From positions 64,914,001 through 64,978,000 of the forward strand of contig NC_043003.1 in NCBI RefSeq assembly GCF_006345805.1: a DNA stretch of 64,000 nt. Direction: 5' to 3'. The notes beneath the pieces are model-generated. The model was not told the DNA's origin and searched no databases. It was given only the letters and a program-made list of their open reading frames with translations. The stretch is from Octopus sinensis (Eukaryota). A program made the translations under genes and the position numbers. Position 1 is the stretch's first letter. The number at the start of each line of letters is the position of its first letter. Positions 38,143 to 49,785 of this stretch are shown here, in pieces.

Positions 38143-38636
38143 AGTCATTAGACTATATATTATTCATATAGAAATACAATAAGAGGCTTCCAAATAGGAA
38201 AGCGTTGTGCTAGAACACAAAAAAGGATAAATTCACGAAAGGAATGAAAATTAAAAACGTTTACCATCTCAGCTATTTCCCAGACCGACGGTTTCTAACT
38301 ATTTCCAGCAAAAAAGTATTTGCTGAAGACCAGTTTTCTTCAGTAGGACAGCCTTTAGAATCCAGACATACAGAGAGCTAGATCCACATGTAGACCTAAC
38401 GGGACAGCCTTTAGAATCCAGACATACGAACCGTTAGGTCTACATGTGGATCTAGCTGTCTGTATGTCTGAAATCTAAAGGCTGTCCCACTGAAGAAAAC
38501 TGGCCTTCAGAAAATACTTTTTTGCTGGAAATAGTTAGAAACCGTCGGTCTGGGAAATAGCTGAGATGATAAACGTTTTTAATTTTCATTCCTTTGGAAG
38601 CCTCTTATTGTATTAATAATATATAGTCTAAAGACT
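38143..38636. mobile_element. young palindromic (foldback/MITE-like) element
   Basis: Left arm 38143-38402 and right arm 38431-38636 are reverse complements with few mismatches, plus a ~45-bp indel in the left arm. Loop 38403-38430. Confidence 0.92.
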
Positions 38637-38707
38637 AATTCGTTTTTTGTGCTAGGCCACTGGTAATAATAATTTATTATTACCCTATTTTATTATATAT
38701 ATATAAT

Positions 38708-39056
38708 AGACTCCGTCGGTCACGAATGACCATAGGTGCACCTAAGAGGTTCTCTCTCCAGAGTACAAATCTGGGCAGAAAGTCGCCTCACCGGCGAACG
38801 CACAACCTTGGGTTGTCTGCATGGAAGACCAGTAGTTGCCCATGCATACCAGCCTTTTCTCTCCACGCCACCAATGTTATCCAAGGGAAAGGCAAAAGCC
38901 GATACAGCTTGGCACCAGTGACGTCGCAAATCATTTCTACAGCTGAGTGAACTGGAGCAACGTGAAATAAAGTGTCTTGCTCAAGAACACGACACAAAGT
39001 CTGGTCTGGGAATCGAACCCACAGCCTCACAATCATAAGCTCGACGCTCTAGCCAC
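38708..39056 (-). mobile_element. SINE family C full-length copy
   Basis: Minus strand GTGGCTAGAGCGTCGAGC...GGTTCGATTCCCAGACC...GAGCAAGACACTTTATTTCACGTTGCTCCAG. Confidence 0.85.
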
Positions 39057-39087
39057 CCTTCCCTATATCTATATATATATATATATA

Positions 39088-39125
<38 letters not shown>

Positions 39126-39607
39126 AACACATAGGCAGAGAAAGTGAGACATGAAAAGAAAAAGCAATCCCAACACGGGCACGATAATTTATTTATCGAC
39201 CCAAAATGGAAAAAATAATATGCTAAGTTAAAATCGGTAAAATTTGAACTTACAGCTATGAATAACTATCAAATTAATTGATAGGACACGATTAACGCTA
39301 GAATTAATCTGGATAATCTAAATAATCTGACCAAGTATAGAATTAATCTGTATGGCACAAATAAACGTAGAATTAATCTTCAGAAAACGAAAACAACTGT
39401 CGAATTGATTTATACGACACGGCCAAATGTACCATTAATCTGTACTTTAGGAATATCGGTACAAGTATTCTGTAGAATATGAATAACTATGTAATTAATA
39501 TCCAGGATATAAATTACTGTATGCTGGTTATGCAGAATATGAAGAGTAGTCATTTTTGTTTTTGCTGCTGTTGTTTTGTAATAGTAGTAGTGTTTTAATA
39601 GTAGTAA

Positions 39608-39663
<56 letters not shown>

Positions 39664-39825
39664 TCTATTGTGTTGTTTTTGTAGTAGTAGTAGTAGTAGT
39701 AGTAGTAGCAGTTGTTGTTCTAGTAGTAGTAATAGTTGTAGTAGTTCTCTAGATGTAACTCAGCTCTTATTGAGCTCTCATCTATGATTAACGGCGTTCT
39801 AATAGTGACCATGACCATCCCAACT

Positions 39826-40184
39826 AGGAGTGGCTGTGCTTCCCAACCACATGGTTCTGTGTTCAGTCCCACTGCGTGGCATCTTGGATATGTGTCTTCT
39901 ACTATAACCTTGGTCCGATCAAAGCCTTGTGAGAGGGTTTGGTTGAGGGAAACTGAAAGAAGCCTGTCATATATATATGTATGTATGTATATGTTTGTGT
40001 GTCTGTGTTTGTCTCCCCACCGTCGCTTCAAACCTATGTACCTTAGCAGTTCGAGAAAAGACACCGATACAATAAGTACTAGGCTTACAAAGAATAAGTC
40101 TGATGGTAGATTTGTGCGACTAAAGGCAATGTTCCAGTATGGCCGCAGTCAAATGACTGAAACAAATAAAAGAATAAAAGAATA
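39826..40184 (+). mobile_element. SINE family B copy
   Basis: GGAGTGGCTGTG...GTTCAGTCCCACTGCGTGGC...AAATGACTGAAACAAATAAAAGAATAAAAGAA. Confidence 0.88.
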
Positions 40185-40879
40185 CTAGATTGTTTTATGC
40201 TTTACTCTTTTTTAAAAAGATGGTTGAGTGTGTTATGACTGTTGTTTCTTGCAATTCAAGACTGCATAGAGACTGCTCTGCTGCTTCGTAGAATAATTAA
40301 TGTAGTCTTAATCTTTTGGGTACCAATAACTTTGGTATCAGGAATCTGTTGTGGTTTGGCTGAATCAGACGAACGTTTGATATCCGTCAGACGATTTAAC
40401 AATTTAAGTAGCTTCTTTGTACTCTGAGTTCGAATTTTGCCGAGATTATCTACGTCTTTCACTCTCTCAATATTTATGAAATAAAATAAAGAACTATTCA
40501 AGAATTGTGGACAAAATAATCCCCTAAATATCAATGCGAGGACTCGGATCAATGTAACAAATCACTTTGCTAATGACATCGAATGCTGTCTGGTGAAAGA
40601 GGTCACCAGACAGCATTAAAAATAATCATCACCTCCGTCACCACCACCTTCAATGTTAACAACTAACAATGGATCAATAAGGAAGCCTCTCAGGGGCTGG
40701 TTGATTTGCCGCAATTGGTAATAAAATCTCCTTCAAATCAATACTATAACATCTTAAAAATAGGAAAGTCCATATAGGCCCAATCATGACTATGCAGTTA
40801 GAAAGAACTGTCTGGTGAAATCGTTACATGGTACAATAGTTGATTATATTAAAATCAATTGCACCTGTTCTTATAATTG

Positions 40880-41205
40880 CTTAAGGTAAGGGGTTAAACC
40901 ACCTACGGTTATGAATGACCATGGATTTGCACCAAGAGAGTTCCCCTCTGAGGCACAAGTCCGGGCAAGGTTGTTTTTCTGGAAAACCAGCAGTTGACCA
41001 AGCATACCAGCTTCCTTATCCAAGAGAAAGGCAAAGGGGCCGATACAGCTTAGCACCAGTGACATCACAACTCATTTTTACAGCTGAATGAACTGGAGCA
41101 AGTGAAATAAAGTGTCTTGTTCAAGAATACAATACATAGCCCGATCCGGGAATCGAACTCACTACCTCATGATTATGAGCCCGACGCTTTAACCACAGAA
41201 CCATG
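40880..41205 (-). mobile_element. SINE family C copy
   Basis: Homologous to 38708-39056. Confidence 0.8.
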
Positions 41206-41446
41206 TGATTGCTTAGTAACTGTTACCTGAAAGAGAAGTAGGAAGGAAGCTCGTTTTGTAGCCTTGTAGTTTTGGATTCAGTCCCAATACGCATCAACTT
41301 AAACAAGAGTCTCCTACTTTAGACCAGGGCTGACTAATGCCTTGTGAGTGGATTTCATAGAGGAAATTGTGTGGAAGCCTGCCATATACATGAATATATG
41401 TGTGTGAGTATATGTACGTGTGTGTGTATGTGTAAGTGTGTGCCTG

Positions 41447-41525
<79 letters not shown>

Positions 41526-41590
41526 GTATGTGTGTGTGGTGTGTGCTGTTATATATATATATATTATATATATATATATATATTATATAT

Positions 41591-41622
<32 letters not shown>

Positions 41623-41675
41623 GTGTGTGTGTGTGTGTGTGTGTGTGGTGTATGTGTGTGTGTGTGTGCCTGTTA

Positions 41676-41716
<41 letters not shown>

Positions 41717-41900
41717 TAGGTACATAAGTTGAAGCACCAAATCAATCCGGTATTATTCGCACAGCTCGAAGTAAGGTGAATAAAATCAAAAGTAGTTATG
41801 CAGTACGACCGTTTCAAGCGGCTCCATTTAATTGAACAATGCAATCATTACATCAGTTTAAATGCAATGCCATTTTCAACTGCACAAATAAATAAATAGA

Positions 41901-42347
41901 ATTTTAACTAGTCGGATACATTAATATAATTTTTCTCAACTATTTTAACAGAGCAAGATGGAAAAAATTCCTGTTGTCGCATTGTAGCTAAGAATAGACT
42001 ACACTTCCAAGAATCGTTTGAAGCTTATTGGTGTCATAATGTTGTAAGAGATTGTAATTCATTTTTAATTCATTTATCTCTTTATCAACTACTAAATCTA
42101 AGACTAGAAGACTGTCTGATTTGAATTAAGGACAAAAGTGAGTTGACAGCAGATGACGAAAGAGAAAAATGAATTAGAAATGAATTACAATCCCTTACAA
42201 AACTATGACACCAATAAGCTTTATGCGATTCTTGGAAGTGTAGTCTATTATTGGCTACACTAGCGACAACATGAATTTTTTCCATTTCCTTGCTTTGTTA
42301 AAATATTTGAAAAAAATTATATTAATATGTCCAACTGGTTAAGATTA
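41901..42347. mobile_element. foldback/MITE-like palindrome
   Basis: Arms about 41901-42090 and 42131-42347 are reverse complements, e.g. TAGACTACACTTCCAAGAATCG with CGATTCTTGGAAGTGTAGTCTA, and AAGCTTATTGGTGTCATA with TATGACACCAATAAGCTT. Confidence 0.88.
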
Positions 42348-42382
42348 TACCACTAAGACGAAGTACCAATTATATCACTAAG

Positions 42383-43032
42383 ACGAAATACCACTAAGCA
42401 TTTCGCCCTGCGTGCTAACGTTTCTGCCAGCTCGCCACCTTAGAAATATACTTTTCTACTCTAGGCACAAAGCCCGAAAGTTTTGGGGGAGGGGACCACT
42501 CGATCAGATCGACCTCAGTACACAACTGGTACTTAATTTATCGACCCCGAAAGGATGAAAGACAAAGTTGACCTAGACGGAATTTGAACTCAGAACCTAA
42601 CGGCAGACGAAATACCTATTTCTCTACTGCCCACAAGGGGCTAAACACAGAGGGGACAAGCAAGGACAGACAGACAGATTAAGTCGATTATATAGACCCC
42701 AGTGCATAACTGGTACTTATTTAATCGACCTCGGAAGGATGAAAGGCAAAGTCGACCTCGGCGGAATTTGAACTCAGAACGTAACGGCAGACGAAATACC
42801 TATTTCTTTATTACCCACAAGGGGCTAAACACAGAGGGAACAAACAAGGACAGACATAGGTATTAAGTCGATTACATCGATCCCAGTTCGTAACTGGTAC
42901 TTAATTTATCGACCCCGAAAGGATGAAAGGCAAAGTCGACCTCGGCGGAATTTGAACTCACAACGTAACGCAGACGAAATACCGCTAAGCATTTCGCCCG
43001 ACGTGCTAACCATTCTGCCAGCTCGCCGCCTT
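42383..43032 (-). mobile_element. SINE A head fragment plus head-to-tail trimer (42445-43032)
   Basis: Junction GACGAAATACCT|ATTTCT at about 42618 and 42800. Confidence 0.9.
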
Positions 43033-43902
43033 ACTTATTCAGGATATTGTCATACTGGCAAAATCTGTCAAAGGAAATAATGTGACGATTAGCTTTACTC
43101 CAGCTTATCGTAGGGGACCTATAGCTGCGGAGGTTAGATGGACTCCGTAGTCACGGGATTCCGAGATAAATGCATACTGAACTTCGTGTAATAGATTTGG
43201 TAATTTTTGTAGCACTGAATATTCGCTTTCGCATATTTCCTGCTTAGTGGTTCCAGGACAGCGAGAAGTATACATGGTAAATTTTCTTATATGTCTAGAG
43301 ACAGTATAGAAAGTATGGGAGATCATTCTTAACTGTTCGACTGCATCCATATTGACCCTCAGCACTATGTATGTATATGTCTCTCTGTCTGTATGTGTAT
43401 CCGTATGTCTGTTTATCTGTATGCATGTATGCTTGTCTATAGTAAGCTTGCCACTCGTATAGTTAGTAACAGTCGTTATGACATTGTTCAAGTCGCACTC
43501 GACTTAAACTCTTGCATGGCATCGCTGACAATTCCTGTCAGCGATGGTCATGCTCCTCTAATGAATAGATAGCCATCATGTATGTACGTATGTATTTACG
43601 CCGTATATTGTGACAGCGAAGTGGAGAAACGTTGCGTTATTCATTTTATATACTTATACAGACGCATACACATGCATACACACGCACGCATGAACACACA
43701 CACACACACACAACACAAAATCACACCTAAACACATACACACACACATTATTGCTTTGACTTAGACAAAAGTAGGGAGGAGAAAATTCAGTATAATGTGT
43801 ACTTTGGCTAGTTATTGATTCACACACCACTGCACACCAAACGACAGACTAGTGGTGGTGGTGTTGGTGGTGGTATTAGTAATAGTAGTAGTAGTAGTAG
43901 TG

Positions 43903-43968
<66 letters not shown>

Positions 43969-44251
43969 CTGCTGCTGTTGCTTACCATCAAGTCATGCGA
44001 AATGTTATGGCTCATAGCACTTGCAAGGTGAGTGGATTACTTTCTGTGCCTGGCGTCCATTTTGTTGTTGTTGACATTGTGGTAATGGTTATGTTTATGG
44101 TGGTGGCGGTGGTAGCGGTGGTGACCGTCGCCGTCGTCGTTACGATTGTCTTTTTTTGTTTTAGGTGTGTAGTGTTGTTGCATTTGCAGTTAACACACGC
44201 ATGCGTATTAGTATTCTCCAAGAGCTAACAGTAAGTCTTATGGATATTACT

Positions 44252-44378
44252 ATTGGGTTGTCCGGAAAGTTTGTGCCGATTTTTAAAGGAAAGAAAAAGG
44301 TCAATAAATACTTGCCATTACATTTTTAATCAACCAAATATGAACCATTCTGTTGCACAATGCGTTTCCATATTTTTG
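44252..44378 (-). mobile_element. terminal (TIR) fragment of the same mariner family as 2120-3148
   Basis: TA|TTGGGTTGTCCGGAAAGTTTGTGCCGA, then ATTACATTTTTAATCAACCAAATATGAACCATTCTGTTGCAC, nearly identical to 2120-2161. Confidence 0.85.
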
Positions 44379-44381
44379 TGT

Positions 44382-44835
44382 GTATGTATGTATGTATGTA
44401 TGTATATGCAGATTTGTATGTTTTATGTATATATTCTTATGCATATCATTACATATCTAGACATGTTCATATATATTTAAATGATAAACTTCAAGGAAGT
44501 TTTTCAAATTTCTACAATTCCAGTGATGGATTGGATCTGTAGTCTTTGAATTAGTTTTCTCCTTTCTGGTTTTGAGAAGCCTAATTTCTCAAGATTGGTG
44601 TTTAGGCAGTGTGTTACATATCCCAGGATTCCAATAATCACAGGTATAAACCTGAACCTGTAATCTGGATAGAGTAACTGCAGATTTCTCAATAGTTCAG
44701 CATAGGTGTTCTCTTTTTCACTGATCTTCAGCTTTATGTTAACATCAGCTGGGCAGCTGATTTCCTCAACTGTACACAGTTTCTCTTCTCTATCTCAAGT
44801 CATTATATCAGGTCTGTTGTGCTTACATTTTATTG
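44382..44835 (-). mobile_element. 3' end of a restriction-like-endonuclease (RLE) non-LTR retrotransposon with (CATA)n tail
   Basis: KCKHNRPDIMT*DREEKLCTVEEISCPADVN...FIPVIIGILGYV...LKFII*. PD-(D/E)xK RLE signature. The short 3' UTR ends in (CATA)n on the minus strand. Confidence 0.85.
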
Positions 44836-45194
44836 TATGTATGTGGCAAGGAAGCAGTTATTCTGATCGTTATTTTATGTTTTGATGTTTTTGTCTCTCA
44901 CCATCACTTGACAACTGGTGCTGGTTTGCTTATGTTCCTCGTAACATTAATGATTCGGCAAAACATAAGAAATGAATGATTACCAGACTTAAAAGTAAAA
45001 AATAAACAAAAAAAAACACACACACACAAAAGAAGAAATGTACCGGGCCAATTTCTTCAATTGAACACGTTAAAGCGATGACCCAGCATGGCCGCAGTCC
45101 AATGACTGAAGCAATTAAATGAACTATCAGTGCTAGATTAGAGCTATCCTCCCAACTGCAACACCACGGTCACGACGACGACAAGGACGACGAG

Positions 45195-45440
45195 GACCAC
45201 AACCACCATCACCACCACCACCACCACCACCACTACCACCACCACCACCACCACCACCACCACCACACCACCACCACCACCACCACCACCATCACCACCA
45301 CCACCACCACTACCACCACCACCACCACCACCACCACCACACCACCACCACTACAATCACCACCACCACCACCACCACCACCACCACCACCACCACCACC
45401 CCACCACCACCACCACCACCACCACCACCACCACCGCCAC
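45195..45440. repeat. (CCA)n microsatellite, about 245 bp
   Basis: Direct reading. Confidence 0.97.
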
Positions 45441-46259
45441 TAGCTTCATCCTCGCTATCAGATTAAAATACATCGCCCTCTCACTGCTCACAACTACGAC
45501 ATCAGCGTCGAAACATTTTAATTCTTTTGTTTATCTTCAATGATGGCTTTTATTGTTTTGTTGTCAGTTTTTGACTCAAAAATCGCAAGTACCATCAGAT
45601 GAAATACGAATCAGAACTGACTGCCTGCCTTTGCCACAAAATGCAATAAAACATAAATGAAATATAGATACTTGATTAAAAATATATAAAAGTGATATTT
45701 AAAAAAAAAAAAAAAACTGTCTATATATGTAAATAAACAAATATATGAAAATAAGTATATGTGTTGTTTATTTTAATATGTATATAGCCAGCATTTATCT
45801 TCGAGTGGCTTTTCGTCTTAACCGTCTTTCTATTTTTAATATATTAGATTCAATGGTGAAATAGAAGAGATTAATGTAGTTTGACAGGTAAGTTGAGAGG
45901 AGAACGACAGAGAGCAACAGAAGAGAAAAAGAAAGTGAGAGGGGGACAATGAAAAGAGAGAGCGAGACAGAGAGACAGAGAGGGAGAGAGGGAGAGACAG
46001 AGAGGGAAAGACAGAAGGACAGAAAATTTAGATGGAGGAGGAGGAGGAGGAGGGGAGGAGGAGAAACACATAATATTAAGTGATGTCTGGTCTATTAACC
46101 ACTCTAAGTCGTTGGGTGGGCGTTGATGAGCAACACATGGCGCTGTTGTCGTCGTTGTTATTTAACCCCAGGTCATTCCTGATTGAGCAGGCCTCTGATC
46201 AAAGGCAGCAAACTTCTCGTCTTATTGTATGTTTTATCGCTTATCTTTTTCGTTTTTTT

Positions 46260-46540
46260 TTCTCAGCCATTTGACTGCGGCCATGCAGTCCAATTCCACC
46301 TCAGTACTTATTTTGCTTTAAAGCTTGGTGCTTATTCTATCGTTAACTTTTGACGAAAGCAAGTTAAAGGATGTAAACAAACCAACATAAACACAACCTA
46401 CAGCTGTATACAGACACACATATACACACGACGGACCTCCACACAGTTTCCGTCAGCCAAATCCTCACACACATCGAAGGTATTACGCAGTGGGATTAAA
46501 CCCCAAAACAAACGGTTGCAAATCGTGCCTGCATCCCACT
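46260..46540 (-). mobile_element. degraded SINE family B copy
   Basis: CAGCCATTTGACTGCGGCCATGC...CAGTTTCCGTC...CGCAGTGGGATTAAACCC. Confidence 0.7.
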
Positions 46541-46779
46541 CGGTTATTTCTACCTTGTGGAACGATAGGGTTCAGATTCATATTAGTGATTTGAAGTAGG
46601 ATATACACCCTGTAGTTTTTTTTTATGTTGTTTTCTCCTACTCTATGGACTGCTTTCAAATAAGCACCGCAAGATTAGCGCTACCAAAGGAGCCTCAACA
46701 AGGCTGCCCAAAATGTTAGAAGTAGTAGCTAGATTTTCCTCAAATCTTACCCTTCTTTCTTAAACAAATACGTTGGATA

Positions 46780-47500
46780 TTATACCCAAGGATTGCAATG
46801 TGCCAAGAAAACGAGGGGGATTTCTTCGGCAGACTTATCACAAAAGATGAAACATGAGTCCATCACTATGATATTGAGACTAAAGTCCAGTTGAAGCAAT
46901 GGAAGCATGATAACTCGCCACCTCCAAAGAAGGGCTGTGTCCAACTCAGCAGGCAAAGGGATGCTCGCAGTCTTTTGGCACCGGCAAGGAGTAGTGATGA
47001 TATATTTTCTGGCAAAGGCCACCACAATTAACGGGGCATAATATGCTTCTCTGCTGCAGAAATTGCAGGACGCCATCAAAGCAGACAGGCGTGGCAGGCT
47101 GACCGAAGGAGTCTGCCCTCATCCAAGACAACACCCCAATTCACAATGCCCATGTTGCCCAGATAAAAGCACACTCCTGTGGCTAGGAATCCTTCCTCAT
47201 TCCCCTTATTTTCCCAACCACACACCATCTGACTTCCACCTCTTTCCAACCGTGACGTCTTTTTTGAAAGGGCAGCACTTTTCAGATGATGATGAACTTA
47301 TTTCCGAGGAAAAGTTTTGGCTCCTGATGCAACCTACAAACTTCTACAGACGAGGTCTTCACAGCTGCATAAAGCGATGAGAGAAGTGTGTCACCATTGG
47401 TGGTAGCTATGTAGAGGAGGACTAATAATAATGCCAAGTTTCGTGTATCCCAGTCCTTGGGAAGTGGGTCAGGGGAAATCTTTAATAAACACTCCTCGTA
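46780..47500 (+). mobile_element. 5'-truncated mariner relic (irritans-like) with right TIR
   Basis: LITKDET*VHHYD, AGKGMLAVFW, QDNTPIH, PHSPYFPNHTPSDFHLFP, KCVTIGGSYVE. Ends AATAAACACTCCTCG|TA (TACGAGG-type TIR). Confidence 0.92.
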
Positions 47501-47539
47501 TCATAATATAATAATTATAATTATTATCGTATTCTGTGA

Positions 47540-47770
47540 AGGCACGTGGCCAAATGATTGTGGTGTTGGTACGTAGGTTCGTTGTTTCGATTCCCGGACC
47601 GGTCGTTGTGTGGTGCTCTTGAGAAAAAACGTTTCATTTTATGTTGCTGAAGTCCCGCTCATCTCTAAATGAATTACCTTGCAACGAACAGGGCTGTTCA
47701 GAGGGATGTGTTATCTCGGTTGGTGACATCCATGGGAATCGAAAAAGCAGCCCTATGAGTCTTTGGACAG
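47540..47770 (+). mobile_element. SINE family C copy
   Basis: GTTTCGATTCCCGGACCGG...CTCTTGAGAAAAAACGTTTCATTTTATGTTGC. Confidence 0.65.
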
Positions 47771-48737
47771 TAATTTCCAAGTAACTTATTTTATTTATCT
47801 TATTCTTAATATCTATTAAAATGTTTCTCTAACCATTGCCTACGCATATTTTATTCTTGCTAGCAATTTCTAGTGAAGAGACATTCTTTTCTATTCATGC
47901 TTCAGATGATTTTAAAAATAAGTTGTATTTTCCTGTCACTTTTTGCAGTCGTAGCTCCACTATTATTGTAAATGTATCTTTGAAAGTCAATAATGATAAA
48001 TGTTTCTATCTGCTTCTTCTTTCTTTCTTTATAACTCCGTGTGATCTTAAAGTCGTTTTTGTGTGCAACCTTAAGGTCAACTCTCATCCAGTAGGCATAT
48101 ATTCAAACGGACACCAGTAAACATCATGTTTTCTTTTCCGACGTAGTATGTTTAAAAATTACATATATAAAGAGTCTTGCCTTCTTTACGACAGTATGGC
48201 ATAATTTGAAAGTGATTTAGTAGCTATTTCTAGCATGTCAAGCAGCCAATTAGTAGCCTCTTATTTTGTCTTGAAGAATTTTTATACGGTACAATAATGT
48301 TAACAGCAGCAGCAGCCAACTTGCTTATGTACGTGTATCTTCTCTCTCCATCGTTGAGACACGTTAGCCTCAATACCATCACTCCAAAGAAAAAAAAAAA
48401 AAATCAAAAGAAGAAACGAAAATGGTGGACAGCTTCTTCCTGCTTCCTGTTCATTCAGAATTTATTGCCACTTTCTTATTTATTTATGATTCTTTTTTCG
48501 TATGCAATTTACCGTGGGAGGATAGTGATAAAAGCTTTTAAAGTTTCACCTTTAAACCAGTATCGTTAAGATATTTTTAAAGCTTTCTAGGTGAACAGCT
48601 CATGAAGTGATTTTGTCACAATTTCATGTCAACGAGCTTATGTTTCATTGGTTTCTATTCGCTTCTCTCAAGTTTTATTCTTTTTATTGGTATTCGGTTC
48701 TGGCAACAACTTCTACACCGTATTACCAAATCTATAT

Positions 48738-49135
<398 letters not shown>

Positions 49136-49432
49136 ACACAAGCATACTGCTATATGTATGTATGTATTTATACATAAAAATCTTGCCTCCTTATCGCTAA
49201 AAATCTATGAATCTATGTAAACCATCCATTTCTTTCATCGTTTACTGGATTAATTTATCGAGTTTATCCTTTATGACTATCAGGCATTCTTCTAATCTTT
49301 CTGATATTGCTGGATAATACAATTTCTTGTGTGAAAGGGTTATTAAGGATTCGTGACAAGAATATTCTAACAATTTCAGATACACACTCACACACACACA
49401 CACGCATACGCACACGCACATGCACACGCACA

Positions 49433-49508
<76 letters not shown>

Positions 49509-49709
49509 TAAAATAGTTTAATTCGTGACAAGTCCAAGAAACTTTAAGTAGCATGTGTTAAAATAATAATAATAATAATAATAATGATAATAATAATAAT
49601 AAAAATAAAATAATAATAATAATAATAATAACAATAACAATAATAATATGTAACTCTTCCTAAACATGTTGAGAAGATTTCTTTTTTCGCTTGTCCACTC
49701 ACCCATGTG

Positions 49710-49779
<70 letters not shown>

Positions 49780-49785
<6 letters not shown>

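Noticed and set aside
45848-45895. Micro-exon ending in a perfect CAG|GTAAGT donor
   Set aside because: The 42-nt candidate has stops in all three frames and no other support.
47800-48120. Possible Dong/R4 N-terminal relic on the minus strand
   Set aside because: Similarity is too weak to distinguish from AT-rich background.
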